A stretch of DNA of 64,000 bases from Chiloscyllium plagiosum (lineage: Eukaryota), in the NCBI RefSeq assembly GCF_004010195.1, contig NC_057728.1, forward strand, positions 50,792,782 to 50,856,781, given 5' to 3'. Positions 40,391 to 54,284 of the stretch are shown in pieces (positions within the stretch are counted from its first letter, which is position 1; each line of letters starts with the position of its first letter). A program made the translations under genes and the position numbers. Below the pieces are notes generated by a model that saw nothing but the letters and a program-made list of their open reading frames with translations, was not told the origin of the DNA and searched no databases.

Positions 40391-40735
40391 TAGGAGAAAG
40401 TGAGGACTGCAGATGCTGGAGATCAGAGCTGAAAATGTGTTGCTGGAAAAGCGCAGCAGGTCAGGCAGCATCCAAGAAACAGGAGAATCGACATTTCNNN
40501 NNNNNNNNNNNNNNNNNNNNNNNNNNNNNNNNNNNNNNNNNNNNNNNNNNNNNNNNNNNNNNNNNNNNNNNNNNNNNNGCCTGGGGTGTGCAGTGAGAGA
40601 GGGACTCACTGAAATCCTTGTAGAGGGAGGAAGATAGCTTCTTCATGGAAGGCATCCTTGTAAGATGATTCACAGTAGGTTAAAATCTTCTAGGAGAAAC
40701 CTAGTTTTAACCTACTGCGAATCCTCTTACAAGGC
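40391..40735 (-). mobile_element. PLE family A insertion spanning a gap, with a short terminal inversion
   Basis: Same end as 1567-1680; 'cttgtaagatgattcacagtaggttaaaa' is inverted as 'ttttaacctactgcgaatcctcttacaag'. Confidence 0.7.
40498..40578. other. Assembly gap (N)
   Basis: Run of N. Confidence 1.
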
Positions 40736-41419
40736 TGGAGACAGGAGATGAATTACCCACTACAGGATTCCTAGCCTCTGACCTGCTCTTGTAGCCACGG
40801 GGTATTGATATGGCTAGACTAGTTAGTTTCTGGTCAATGGTAACCGACAAAGGTGTTCAGAATGAGGGGTACAGAAATGTCGAGGGGAGATGATTTAATC
40901 CTGTCTTGTTGCTGATGGCTATTATCTGGAACTTGTGTGACACATACATTACTTAACATTTATCAACCCCAATCGGAATGCTGCTCAGATCTACTTGCAT
41001 ATGGCCATGCATCGCTTCTGTATCTGAGGAGTTGGAAATGACATGGACCACTGTTTAATCATGAACAACTCTGGTCATGATCCTGACAATATGTCAGAGG
41101 AAAGGGCATTCGTAAAACAGCTGACAAGTTACTCATTGCCGAATTCCCAGCCTCTGACCTGCTAGGGTTAAGGAGTGGAGGAGATTGCAGACTTAGGGAG
41201 GTGAAAGGTCATGGAGGGATTTGAAAACAAGGATGAGAATCTTTAAATTAAGACAGCTGGGCCTAGCTCACTACCCCAAGGAACTCCTACAGTGATGTCC
41301 TGGGACTAAGATGGTTGACCTCCAGGAACCATCTTCCTCTGTGTTCTGTGTGATTCTAACCAGTGGAGAGTTTTACCTGAATTCCCACTGACTCAAATTG
41401 CACCAGGGCTCCTTAATTA

Positions 41420-41760
41420 GGGATGGCATGGTGGCTCTGTGGTTAGCACTGCTGCCTCACACACCAGGGACCCGTGTTTGATTCCACCCTCGGGTGCCTG
41501 TTTGTGTGGAGTTTGCAAGTTCCCTCCTTGTCTGTGTGGGTTTCCTCCAGGTACTCTGGTTTCCTCCCACACTCCAAAAATGTGCAGGGTAGGTCGATTG
41601 CGACATTGCTCATAGTGTCCAGGGATTGTAGGCTAGGTGGGGTAACCATGGCAAACACAGGGTTAGGATAGGGAGGTGTGTCTGGGTGAGATGCTCTTTG
41701 GAGGGTCAGTATGGACTCGATGGGCCAAGTGGCCCGCTTCCACACTGTGGAGATTCTATG
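41420..41760 (+). mobile_element. HE1-type SINE
   Basis: gggatggcatggtggctctgtggttagcactgctgcctcac...gattctatg. Confidence 0.85.
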
Positions 41761-42399
41761 GGAATGCACTGTCAGTCAAATGTTTCATCAATGCCAAGGG
41801 CAGTTACTCTCATATCATCTCTTGAATTCAGCTCTTTTGTCCGTATTTAGTCATATGCTGTGATGGGGTCAGGAGTCAAATGTCCTGACAGAGCCCAAGC
41901 TGAGCAAGGGTGAGCCAGTTATTATTGAATAAGTGCTGCCTGATGGCACACCCAGAGCACCGAGTGCTGAACAATAATTGTTGCAAGGCCAGTATTGGCC
42001 ACATTCCAATAACAAATGAATAAAATGTAATGCAACTAACTCAAGACATTAATCTAATCCCATTCCCCCTCGACAGCATCTCTACTCTGATCTCCCCGTC
42101 ATCCTCAATCTAATTGATGCACAGCAGTAAAATACATTGCAACAAAGTAGAGTTCTAAGCTCCTTGTGAGCGCTGCAGTAACATTCTTACAAAGAAATTT
42201 TATAAGTTTTTTTTACACAATACCATCATTAAAATAGAGAACACACAACCACAAACAAATTCAATCATAATGTTTAAAATGAATTCAGGCAAGGACAGGA
42301 ACAATAATAATCCATGTGGCTAGCTCCAAAAATCAATACAATCCATTATAAGTAACAACAGTGAGTTTACAACTGGTTCAGTCGTTCGGAACTTGCGCA

Positions 42400-42540
42400 T
42401 TGCTGAAAAAAAGAGACACCGTGTTGAGGCTTTTCATCTTATACTCATCAGGACAATCTGCAAGAATTGCCAAAGTAAATGGAAAACAATATTTATACCA
42501 AATGAAAGGAGAGTGCTGACTGGTTGGCATGTAGCCTCTG
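42400..42540 (-). mobile_element. PLE-like family D fragment with a degenerate hammerhead (42422-42455)
   Basis: UGUC-CUGAUGA-GUAUAAGAU-GAAA-AGCC-UC-AACA; homologous copies at 37125-37250(+) and 56140-56220(-). Confidence 0.55.
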
Positions 42541-42589
42541 AACCATGATTCCATCATTAGAAAACATTTGCAAAATGATCCCCAGTGTG

Positions 42590-43790
42590 TCGAAGGTGAT
42601 TGATGAGGGTAGAGCAGTAGATTCCATCCACATGGGTTTAATAAGGCTTTCGACAAGATAGGCTCATCTAGAAGATTAAGATGCATGGGATCCAAGGTGA
42701 CTTGGCCGCTTGGATTCAGAATTGGCTTGCCCATAAAAGGCAGAGGGTAGTCGTGGAAGGGTGTTTTTTCTGGTTGGAGGTCTGTGGCTATTGGTGTTCC
42801 TCAGGGATCCATACTGGGACCTCGGCTGTTCGTGATATATATAAATGAATTGGATGAAAATGTAGATGACTGAGTTAGTAAGTTTGCAGATGACACAAAG
42901 ATGGGGGGAGTTATGGATAGTGTAGAAGGTTGTCAAAGAATATAGCGGCTTATACATCAATTGCAGTCATACAGAGAAATGGCAGATGGAGTTTAATCTG
43001 GGGAAGTGTGAGGTGCTGGACTTTGGGAGGTCAAATGTAAAGGGAATGTATACAGTTAATGGCAAGACCCTGAACAGCATTGATGTACAGAGGGATCTTG
43101 GGGTCCAAGTCCATAGCTCCCTGAAAGTGGCCACGCAAGTAGACAGAGTGGTAAAGAAGGTGCATGGCATGCTTGCCTTTATTGGTTGGGGAATTGAGTA
43201 CAAGAGTCAGGATGTCATGCTGCAGCTTTGCAAGACTTTGGTTAGGCCATGCTTAGATTCTTGCAATCAATTCTGGTCACCACATTAAAGGAAGGATGTG
43301 GAGGCTTTGGTGAGGGTGCAAAAGAGGTTGACCAGGATGCTGTCTAGATGACAGAGTATAAGCTATAGAGAGAGGCTAGGAAAAGACTTGGGTATTTTTC
43401 TCTGGAGCAGCAGATGCTGAGGGGAGATTTTATAGAAGTCTGTAATATTATGAAATGCATAGATAGGGTTGATGGTCAGAATCCTTTATCCAAAGTTGGA
43501 ATGTCTCATACAAGGGGGCATCCATTTAAGGTGAGGGGGGAAAGTTCAAAGCAGATATATGGGACAGGTTTTTTTACACAGAATGGTAGGAGTCTGGAGG
43601 AGTGATGATGGAGGCAGATACGATAGGGGTGTCTAAGGGACTTGTAGGTAAACACATAAGTATACAAGGAATGGAGGCATATGAACCAAGGGCAGGCAGA
43701 AGGGATTAGTTTAATTTGACATCATGTTTGGCACAACATTATGGGCTGAAGGGCCTGTTCCTGTGCTGTATTGTTCTATTTTCTATATTT
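42590..43790 (+). mobile_element. CR1 LINE 3' 1.2 kb (RT domain to tail)
   Basis: KAFDK, GVPQGSILGP, KFADDTK and MEFNLGKCEVLDFGRSN; several stops. Confidence 0.9.
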
Positions 43791-45631
43791 TAAGAATTAT
43801 GCTAACAACCCAGTTAGAACTGTCAGGTTGGGCTCACAATGTGGTGCACTTGTTGTATATGGAAGCCATTCATTGGTTCATTTCTCGGAGCAATGCATTG
43901 ATCAGTCAGTCATTCTGCCTAGTGTAAAATGTAAATGATGTTTGGCAATTTATCATTAGTGAGGGATAGATCAAACCTGTAAGACTGACAGCTATCATTA
44001 ACTGCTGTGTTCTCAATGCCAATACCTCAAACCATTTATCAACCACACTGTGCTCTCCTCTCATACAATGTCAATGTTTCATTCTCTTTACTTTGATATT
44101 TCTTGCAAATTGTCCACATGATTGCAAGCTGAAAAGCAATGGTACACTATGTCCTTTTCAACAATACTTAGCAACATATTTACATAATATATTTGCATAA
44201 TGCACTTTCACAGGAGCATTACAAAAGGAAGTATGACCCGGAGTTACATAAGATGTCCGGTCAGCTGATAAAAAAGTTTGTGCAAATGGGTTGGTTTTAA
44301 CAAGGGGAAAGTGAGGCAGAGAAATGGGAGGGATTTTGAAAAAATTATCAAGAGCTTGGACCCCAGATGTCTAAAGCTGGGGTCATCAACAGCACACAGG
44401 AAATTAGGATGCCAAGAGGCCAGAATTCGAGGAGTGTAGGGCTCTCAGAGGAATTTTTAAATAATTCATTCAAGAGATGTGGACATCACTAATGTTTATT
44501 GACCATCAATGATTGCCCTAGAGAAGGTCATTCTCAGCTGCCTTCTTGATCTTGAGCTAAGGCGAGACACACCGTTGATTGGATCATTGGGATACTGTGA
44601 ACAGTTTCAATCCCCTTATCCAAGGAAAGATTTACTGGTATTAAACGCATTCCAGAGAAAGTTCACTGGGTTGATCCCAGGTATGGAGGGTTTTTTTTAT
44701 AAGGAGACTTTGAATAGATTGGACTTCTCATTGAAGTTCAGGTGAATGTGAGAAAATCTTATTGAAATGTATACAGTTCTTAAGGGAGGTTTTTATTAGT
44801 GTGTCTAGGACCAGAGGACATAATGAAAGATGAAAGTGTCACCCATTTATGACAGAGGTGAGGAGGAATTGTTTTTCTCTCTGAGAGTGGTGAATTTATC
44901 AGAATCTTTACCACAGAGTTTTGTCGAGACTTGGTGAATAAGTGTATTCAAGGCTGAAATAAACATTTTAATGATTAAGGCAATCGAGGGTTTTGGGGGA
45001 TTTCAAGATGACTTTTGATAAGGTTCCACATAAGAAGCATACCTACAAAATTAAAGCACTCATGACTCGAGGTAGTACACTGACATGGATTAAGAATTGG
45101 TTGATAGACTGGAAACTGAGAGTGAGAATAAATGGGTTTTCTTCCAGTGACAAGCAGTTATTAGTGGGATATCTATCACAGGGATCAGTGCTTAGGCTCA
45201 GTTATTCAAGATCTATATAAATAACCTGGATGAGGTGACCAGATGCAACATTTCCAGTTTGCTGACAACACATAACCGGGTGGGATTGTAAGTTGTGAGG
45301 AGAATGCACAGAAGCTTCAGGATAACCTAGTCAAAGTTGAGTGTGTGGGCAAGCTCATGTCAGATGCAGTATCATGTTGGTAAATGTAAAGTCATACATC
45401 TCGGTGTGAAAAACAGGAAGAAAGAATATTATGTAAACGGTGATATATTGGAAAATGTGTGTGTTCAAAGGAACCTGGTATCTTTGTATAACAGTCAATG
45501 AAAGTAGACGGGAAGGTGCAACAAACAATATTTCAATCAAATCCCCTCTCGTTCTTTGGATCTCTAATGAATATGGAACCAGGCAAATCCATCTTTTCTT
45601 ATGCAGCAATCCTGTCATTCCCTGCTTACAG

Positions 45632-45812
45632 TCAAGATTAGAGTGGTGCTGAAATTTTTCACTTTGAATAAGTAAAAAAGCCATTCCTGATGAAGGGCTT
45701 TTGCCTGAAACGTCGATTTTCCTGCTCCTCGGATGCTGCCTGACCTGCTGTGCTTTTCCAATACCACTCTAATCTGGACTCTGGTTTCCAGCATCTGCAG
45801 TAGCCACTATCT
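45632..45812 (+). mobile_element. Mini PLE family A insertion with a short inversion
   Basis: Exact 11 bp TSD cctgcttacag at 45621-45631 and 45813-45823, inside a minus-strand CR1. Confidence 0.82.
45683..45718 (+). ncRNA. Minimal hammerhead ribozyme motif (family A)
   Basis: AUUC-CUGAUGA-A-GGGC-UUUU-GCCU-GAAA-CG-UC^GAUU; intact core with a GUC cleavage triplet. Confidence 0.72.
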
Positions 45813-47959
45813 CCTGCTTACAGCCCAGTGATCCTCTGTTGCACTCCCTCCATGGCAAACATACCCTCTCTTATATTGGGGAACCAAACCTGCACACAAT
45901 GCTCTAGGTATGGTCTCACCAATGCCCTGTATAATTGCAATAATATGTCCATGCTTCTGAAATCAAATCCTCTTGTGATGAAGGCCAACATACCATTGCC
46001 ACATAAACTTTTAACGAAGCTAGACAGTCTGGATAGAGCAAAGATGTTTCCCCTGGTTGGAGAGTCTGGAACCAAGGGTCACTGCCTCCATATGCAGAGG
46101 ACTGAAATGAGGAAACATTTCTTCACTGAGAGGGTGGTCAAAGTGTGGAATTCACTACCACAGAACGCTGTGGATGCTGCATCTCTTGAGTATAGTCAAA
46201 GAAAAGATGGATAAAGTTGAATGTATTAAGAAGTATGAAGAGAAAGCAGGAATATAGCCTTGAGACAGAGGATCAGCCATGATCATATTGAATGGTGGAC
46301 CAGGCTCACAGGACAGAATGGTTTATTCCTGCCCCCAGTTTCTACAACCCAAGGAGTTGGTAGCAATGGAGTGACATGTGGAATGGGGACCAAAGACAAT
46401 GGTCTTCCCAAATGTTCTCCTCAACCCTGACTGGATGTGGGAGAACCACCTGATAATGTAGCAACAGTGGAAGTCAACAACAAAACCTTGTATTTATACA
46501 GTGCCTTTGATGTTGTAAAATAACAAGGCTGTTATCTAGTCATATGAAGAAATATTACGAGTTGGTCAAAGAAGAATTCTGTTTTAAGAAACATTTTTAA
46601 AAATGGAGAGAGAGGAAGAAAGATAACAGAGTTTTAGCCTCTAGGGGGCAGTGGAGGGATTCCAGAGTTTCAGGCCCTGTCAGATGAAGGCAGAGCCATC
46701 AATGGCAATGGCGAAGTGGAAGAAATTTGGGAAGAGTGATAGCTTGAAGGCTGGGAGGAGGTTGTAAAGATATTATATGTGGAGATCCTGCTGGCATTGG
46801 AGTCTGAAGAAGAGTGGATTTTGGGAGCTCAACATCAGGAACTAATAATGATTCTGACATCGCACTTGCTGGTAATGAGACAAGATCTACAATCTTTCAG
46901 TTGAGGTGATGTGTAGACTCCAAATTCAGAGAAACAGCTGTTCCAGTCAAGCACATTGGGAGAAGTGGGAGGCAGGTGGGCAACCCTTGGGGAGGCATTT
47001 TTATGTGGAAGGAGTACTGGTAAATAGGGAAAACTGGAAGGGTGAGGCCATCAGGCACCTCCGAAACCATCTCCTGCTGGAAGATCTGGGCCCTGCTGCA
47101 CAGCAGCCATGTTGACTCTAGCTCTGATACATCAATCTCATCAATCTCATCATTCACTCCCCTACACCCCTCCCTTGCCTGCCACAAGAAGGTGAAATTC
47201 ATGTTGATGACAGTCTTTATATGTGATAGGAGAGAGGTGAGGCACCCTTTCGTCCAATGGCAAAATGGCCACAAAATCGACAGTGATTGGACTCTTAATG
47301 ATCTTAATTGACTGCCCAACTCTGAGGAGTGGTCAGCCAATCAGATTCCTGAGACAGTTCTCCATTACAAGGAATGCACAGGAAATCATCAAGTCTCAGT
47401 ATTTTCCCCACCGTCAGCATTCCAGCCCGTCGCCATGGCACTGGGAAATGCCAGCTCTGAGCTACAGCTGACACCAATGTTAAAGCCAGCACAAGCTGAA
47501 TACACAGAGACAGATAACTGTTTGAGGGAAGTATGAGAGGATACAAAGGAAGAACAGGATAGTGTGATTAACACGGCAAGCTGTGTTTGGCAAGAAGCTG
47601 TCAAGTGGCCTCTTTCTGTGCTTAACCTTCTATCATTCTGTGAAATTGTGCTGAAAATTTGGATTAATGTCAGGTACAGTCTCAGGTGCAAATTCTGCCA
47701 TTTTCACAGTTTCCTTTCCCCAATCTGTCATAATTCCTGAAGATGGCTTGTTCGACATAAAGGTTAGGATTCCTGCCATGTCTGGGTATCTGTTGATAGC
47801 TTAATACCTAATGCAGTAGATTTCCTGATGTGAAGATGCATCTAGAAGCAGTGTAGTCACTCTGAGACCAATCTTTATAATCTCATATTTCTACCTTCAA
47901 GTCCCATAATTCAATCATTGATTGGCACTCCATCTATAACCTACAACGTATGTTTACAA

Positions 47960-48415
47960 GAATGATACCTGCATTTCAAGGGTTAAATTATGAGGACAGA
48001 TTATACAAATTAGGCATGTTTTCTCTCAAATTTAGAATGTTAAGGGATGAGCTGATGAAAGTCTTCAGGATATTAACAGGAAAGGACCAAGATAGATAAA
48101 TTATTTCCACTAGTGGGGATTCTAGAGTGATGGGACATATTCTAAGAATGAGGGCTAGACCATTCAGGAGAGATGTTAGAAACATTTCTACACACAAAGG
48201 GTCGTAGATATTTCAAATTCTCTTCCACAAATGGCAGTGGATGCTGGATCAATTATTAATTTTAAATCTGAGATAAATAGATATTCATTAAGCACAGGTA
48301 TTATGTGATATGGGCCAAAGGCAGGTATGTGGAGTTAGGCCACAGATCAGTCACAATCTCATTAAATGGTGGAACAGGCTCAAAGGGGTAAATGGCCTAT
48401 TCCTGTTCCTAGGGT
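47960..48415 (+). mobile_element. CR1 LINE 3' end (older family)
   Basis: 'YEDRLYKLGMFSL..RMLRDELMKVFRI'-like coding followed by the tail. Confidence 0.75.
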
Positions 48416-49149
48416 CCTGTCTAACACCTTTAGCATTTGTCATCTCCATCACCGACACTCAGTTGAAGCAGAGTGTCTTATCTACAGCAATTCACCAAGG
48501 CGCCTTTGACAACACCTGTGACCATCTAGAAGAATGAGGGCAGTGGACACATGGGAACACCATCGCCTGCAGGTCCCCTGCTACACCACACACCCTCCTC
48601 ACTTTGAATTCTTTCACTGTCACTGGGTCATAGTCCTGTAATTTGTTTCCAGCAGCATTGTGGGATTTTAATTCTTTCTCATGGAATGTGGATATTACTT
48701 GTAAGGCTGGCATTTGTTGCACATTCCTAATTACCCACAAACTAACGTAGTTAAGAGTTAATCACAGTGCGGTGCATCTGGAATCACACATAAGTCAGAA
48801 TAAAGGAGGATTGTAGCTTTCCTTCCCTCAAGGATGTTGCTGAGCCAACTGAGATTTTAAACAATAATCAGGAATAGTTATCACGGTCACTATGACTGAG
48901 TTTAGATTTGTACACCAGACTTTTCTGTTGAATTTAAACTCCCTCAGCTGCTGTGGTGAGACTTGATTCCACGTCCCCAGAGCTATCTGGATTACTACTT
49001 CTGTGACATTTTCACAATGCCACCATTTTCCCCAGGCCAAGACTGCATCAGTTCAAGAAAGCAGCTCCTCACCACCTTCTTAAGAGCAAATAGAGATAGG
49101 CAACAAATACTAGCAACAACCACGTGCTATGAATGAAAAATAATTAGTC

Positions 49150-50980
49150 AGTGGGTGAGGTCCTTAATAAATACTTTGCTGGTATTCACAAAGGAGATGG
49201 GGGATCGTGAGTCTCGAGAGGAGTATGTTGGTATTGTAGGCATGTTAATCCAAAAAGGGAGGTGTTGGGTGTTTGCAAATGTTTTAAGGTAGACATGTCA
49301 CCAGGACCTGATTGGATCTACTCCAATATCCTCAGGGCAGCAAGGGAGGGGATTGCTGGCACCTTGTACAAAATCTTTATATCCTCATTAGTCACAGTTG
49401 AGATCCCAGAGGACTGGAGAATAGCCAACATTATTCCCTTGTTTAAGAAGGGCAATATAGGCCAATCAACCTTACATCACTGGTAGGGAAATGACTGGTG
49501 AAAATTCTTGGAGACAGGTTTTACTCACATTTGACAAAATATGGACTTATTAGTAATAGGCAGCATGGCTTTGTGTGGGGTAGGTCGTGTCCGTGTCTCA
49601 CAAAAGGTCACAAAGATGATTGTTGAGGGCAGGGCGATGGATGTTGACTATATCGATTTTATCAAGGCCTTTGACAAGGTTCCTCATGGCAGGTAGGTAC
49701 AAAAGGTGAAGTTACATGGGGTCCATGGTAAGCTGGTAGAATGGATACAGAACTGGCTTGATCATAGAAGTCAGAGAGTATCGATGGGAGGGTGATTTTC
49801 TGACTGGAGATCTGTGACCAGTGGTGTTCTGCAGGGATCACTACTGGGACTCTTGCTGTTTGTCACATATATAAATGATATAGAGGAGAACATGGGTGAT
49901 ATGATTAGTATGCTTGCGGGAATTGGGGGAGCTGTGGATATTGAGACGGATTGCCAAAGGATTCAGCAGGATATATATGGAGGCGAAAGTGAGGACTGCA
50001 GGCGCTGGAGATCAGGGTCAAGAGTGTGGTGCTGGAAAAGCACAGCAGGTCAGGCAGCATCAGAGAAGCAGGAAAACCGATGTTTTGGGCAAAAGCCCTT
50101 CATTGGGAATGAGGCTGGGAGCCTCAGGGATGGAGAGATATATATGGAGACTGGAGACCTTGACAGAGAAATGGTAGATCGAATATAATTTGGACAGCTG
50201 CAAGGTGATGCATTTTGGAAAGTCCAATGCAGGAGTGAAATATATAGTAAATGGAAGAACCCTTATAAGCATTAACATACAGAGGGATCTAGGTGTATAG
50301 TCCGCAGTTGCCAGAAAGTAGCAACACAAATAGATAAGGCGGTCAAGAAGGCATATGGTATGCTTGCCTTCATTGATTGGGTACAGAGTATAAAAATTGG
50401 CAAATCATGTTGCAGCTGTATAAAACTTTAGTTAGGCCAAATTTGGAATATTACATATAGTTCTGATGGCCACATTACCAGAAGGATATGAAGGCTTTGG
50501 AGAGGGTACAGAAATGGTTTACCAGGATGTTGCCTGGTTTGGAGGGTATTAGCTATGAGGAAGGATTGCACAAACCTGACTTGTTTTCACTTGAAAATTT
50601 GAGGTTGAGGGGAAACCTGATAAACATTTAAATTGTGAGAGGCAGGGATAGAATAATTAGTCGGAGTCTTTTTCTCAGGGTAGAAATGTCAATTAATAGG
50701 GGAGATAGATTTAAGGTAAAAGGGGGTGAGTTTAAAGGAAATGTGAGAGGTGAGTTTTTACACAGAGGATGGTAAGTGCCTGGAATGCGCTGTCAGAGGA
50801 GGTGATGGAGGCTGATATGATAGCAATGTTTAAGAGGCATCTTGATAGATCCATGAAAAGGCAGGGAATAGAGGGATATGGACCACGTAGGGGCAAATGG
50901 TTTTTTAGTTTGAAAGGTGTCATATGTCAGCGCAGGTTTGGTACGGCCAAAGGCCTTCTTCCCAAGCTGTACTCTGACCA
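49150..50980 (+). mobile_element. Degenerate CR1 LINE ORF2 to 3' tail, with a nested PLE
   Basis: SPGPDWIYSNIL, PEDWRIANIIPLFKKG, SGVLQGSLLG and CKVMHFG. Confidence 0.88.
49983..50136 (-). mobile_element. Mini PLE family A insertion with a decayed hammerhead
   Basis: 13 bp duplication gatatatatggag at 49970-49982 and 50137-50149. Confidence 0.78.
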
Positions 50981-53971
50981 AAACCAGCCACACCTATCCC
51001 TCACCGAAAGGCTGCTACGATTAATTTGAATGCCTTTTCAAATTCCCTCTCAGCTACTCAAGTTGCACAAATAAGTCCTTCTGAGAATAATCAGGGGAAT
51101 GGGAAAAATAAAACCTTGAAGCAAGAGAAGTTCACGTGATGAGATGGAAAGCAGTGCAGGGACCTTTACAAGAGCTAACATTCTCCAGTGCCCAGTATTC
51201 AGGCCCTGGTGAGTTTGGGATATCCATTGTTTTATTCTGATTCAAAAGGCAAATGGCACCAGGTACCAATGACAACATTTGAATTCAATTTCAACAGCAA
51301 ACTAGGCCAGAGCTCCTCTAAAGCAGTGGCCTCCTTGCGCCTGATGTTAAAGAAGTTAAAACAGTATGGGGAGTGGTGGTGGGAGAGGAGGATAGGAGGC
51401 AGACACTAGAAATTTTGCTTAAAGATCTCCCGAGAGTGCATTGATTGTAAATTAAATTCCTTTCCTGCAATTCCATAACAACCCGAACATACTGTAAAGA
51501 TTAACTCCAATTCTGACACAAACTGTATAATTATTATCAATTAAGCACTTGACATAATCAGATTGCATTAGAGTGAAGCACGAGAGTACAAAATTCAATT
51601 TGAGCAAATTAATTACAGAAGGCCCACAGCAGGATTGGTCACAGGCGTGAATACTGGAAGATAATATTTAGATTTAACTGAGCTGTTCAAAATCATGAGG
51701 GGCCTGGTCAACGGAGATAAGGAGAAACTGTTCACACTGGAGAATTGTTTGAGGGCCAGAGGACTCAGTTTTAAAGTAATTGGCAAAAGAAGCAATGATG
51801 ATATAAGAAGAAACTCTATCATTGCAGAATTTAAAAATAAATCATTGATGTGCTGTGGGAGTTATAGAGCACAGAAACAGGCCCTTCACTCCATTCACAA
51901 CCGACTCTGAGTCACAGCAGTGTGTACCAGCTATAGGGCCAGCAATTATTGCCCAACCCTAACCGCCCTTGAAAGATGGTGGTGAGCTGCCTACTTGAAT
52001 TGCTGCAGTCTGTTTGGTGTAGGGACACCCACGATGCCTTCCGGAAGGGAGTTCCAGAATTTTGACCCAGTAGCGGTGAAGGAACTTGGATGTTTTGTCG
52101 GAATAATATCAATGACCACAGGGAAATGGATATTTTGCTTCAGCATTCATAGCAGAAAAGGAGGATAGCTTGTTGGAAGTCGCAAATAAATTGTCAGAGG
52201 ACAAGGGTCAGGGCCTAAACAAAATTAGCTTTAAGTAAATCATCAATAATGGGGAAATTAATGAAACTGAAGGGTGACAAATATCTAGGACCTGATAGTT
52301 TCCATTGACAGTTGTTAATGAAGGTTAGAGTGCACACTGCCAATGCCCTAATCATAATCTTTCAGATTTCCCTGGATTCAGGAGTTGTATCAGGAAATTC
52401 ACTAATGTCACTATGTTCTTTAAGAAGGGTAACAGAGGGAAACCAAGGAATTACAGGCCAATTAGCCTGACATTTGTGGCGGGGAAATAGTTGGAATCTA
52501 TAATCAAGGATAGAGTAAATGATCACCTTGAAAATCTTCACTTAATCAGGGAGAGTCAATATGGATTCACAAAGGGCAGGTCAGGCCTAAGAAAGCGGAG
52601 GTTTAGACGAGGTGACAAAAGTGGTGGACATATTTAAGTTGATGGATGTTGTTTATATGGACTTTCAGAAGGCTTTCATTGAATGCCCTACTTTGAACAT
52701 TCTGGGGATTACCAGAGACTGAAGTGGACTGGCCATATACATACTAGGAGAAAGTGAGGACTGCAGATGCTGGAGATCAGAGTCAAAAAGTGCATTATAT
52801 AAATAACGTGGCCACAAGAACAGATTAGAGGTTAGAATAACTCATCTTTTGACTCCTGAAATCTGGTCCAAATCACGCCTAAATCACAAGTCTGATGAAA
52901 TACCCCCCCACTTGCAGCTCCAACAATACAAAAAGGCTTGACGTTACCTAAGGAAAAGCAGCCTATTTAATTATCACATGCACAAACATTTACTCTCTTC
53001 ACAACCAACACTCAGTCACAGCAGTGTGTACCCTCTACAAGATATACTGCAGAAATTCAACAATGCTCCTTCAACTGTATCTTCCAAACCCATGACCATT
53101 ACCACCTAGAGGAACAAGGGTGGCAGAGACATGGGAACAGCACCACTCGCAATTCTTCCTCCAAACAACTCATCATCCTGACTTGGAAATATATCTCTGT
53201 TCCTCTACTGTCACTGGGCTAAAATCTTGGCACTGACAACACTGTGGGTCTACCTAAACCTCACGGACTGTAGCGTTTCAAGAAAACTCATCGTCACCTT
53301 CTCAAAGGGAAGCAGGGTTGGACAACAAATCCTGGCTCAGGCAGCGACACCCACATCCCATGAATGCATATTGAAAAGTCATTTAATGAGAAATGTAAGA
53401 AAGCCAATCTTATCAAGCTGTGTTTTTTCTGACCTGGGAGAGATGCCAGGGATTCACAACTAGCTGTCAAAGCTAATTAAAAACTTCCAATTGATTCTGG
53501 CACTTAGATATTGGATCGCAGGTGTCAAATAGACCTTAGGGTTTACACATACTAATTCTCTGTTGAAATGTGACTCTCCACCATCTGAGATGGGGTTTCT
53601 CTGAGAAGTATTGAAAATCCCAATACAATAGTTGAATTACAATGATCTACTACAGTGGTTGTGTATCTTGCTGATGGTACACACTGCGCTCACTGTCCAC
53701 CAGTGGAAGAGGCAATGAATGTTTCAGCCGATGGGTAGAGGGCTAATTAAGTGGATCGCTTTCATTTGGATGGTGTTTGTTATTTAAGGCAGTTATTACA
53801 TTAAAGGATTATCACGAGATACATTCTGACAATCAGGATACAAGAATCGATTCAGGGAGGAGATAACCGATGTGTTCTGTGTACATTTGAGTGTGCAAAA
53901 TGTTGTAAGGCCCCAAGTTTGTTTTTTAGCACGTTGTTGTGGTTCTGTTCGCCAAGCTGGGAATTTGTGTT

Positions 53972-54011
53972 GCAGACGTTTCGTCCTCTGTCTAGGTGAC
54001 ATCCTCAGTGC
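53972..54011 (-). ncRNA. Minimal hammerhead ribozyme motif (family C)
   Basis: GCA-CUGAGGA-U-GUCACCU-AGAC-AGAGGAC-GAAA-CG-UC^UGC. Confidence 0.75.
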
Positions 54012-54244
54012 TTGGGAGCCTCCTGTGAAGCGCTTCTGTGATGTTTCCTCCGGCATTTGTAGTGGTTTGTCTCTGCTGCTTCCGGTTGTCAGTTCCAGCT
54101 GTCTGCTGCTCATCCACTGATTCAATCAACAAGCACATCGACCTGGACCCAATATACCAGCCACTGACAACCGGAAGCGGCAGATACAAATCACTATAAA
54201 TGCCAGAGGAAAGATCACAGAAGCGCTTCACAGGAGGCTCCCAA

Positions 54245-54284
54245 GCACTGAGGATGTCACCTAGACAGGGGACGAAACGTCTGC
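54245..54284 (+). ncRNA. Minimal hammerhead ribozyme motif (family C)
   Basis: GCA-CUGAGGA-U-GUCACCU-AGAC-AGGGGAC-GAAA-CG-UC^UGC; stem I GCA/UGC. Confidence 0.8.

Larger units (their letters stand above)
39505..41410 (-). mobile_element. LINE (L2/CR1 group) fragments sharing the 3' tail of the MetaSINE-like SINE, with nested PLEs
   Basis: 'ccagcatttattgcc...gagctgccttcctgaa...gggagttccaggattttg'; related copies at ~52700-53370(+), ~62110-62400(-) and ~63895-64000(+). Confidence 0.6.

Noticed and set aside
46897..47340. 147 aa minus-strand ORF
   Set aside because: No recognisable domain and no convincing splice sites; lies in repeat-like sequence.
47633..47779. Minus-strand 48 aa ORF containing '...VKMAEFAPET', resembling 'RKMAE' of PRMT8 exon 1
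   Set aside because: No MG start or SSRCLLL motif, only a weak donor (gtacct), and it runs into a stop. Probably chance.
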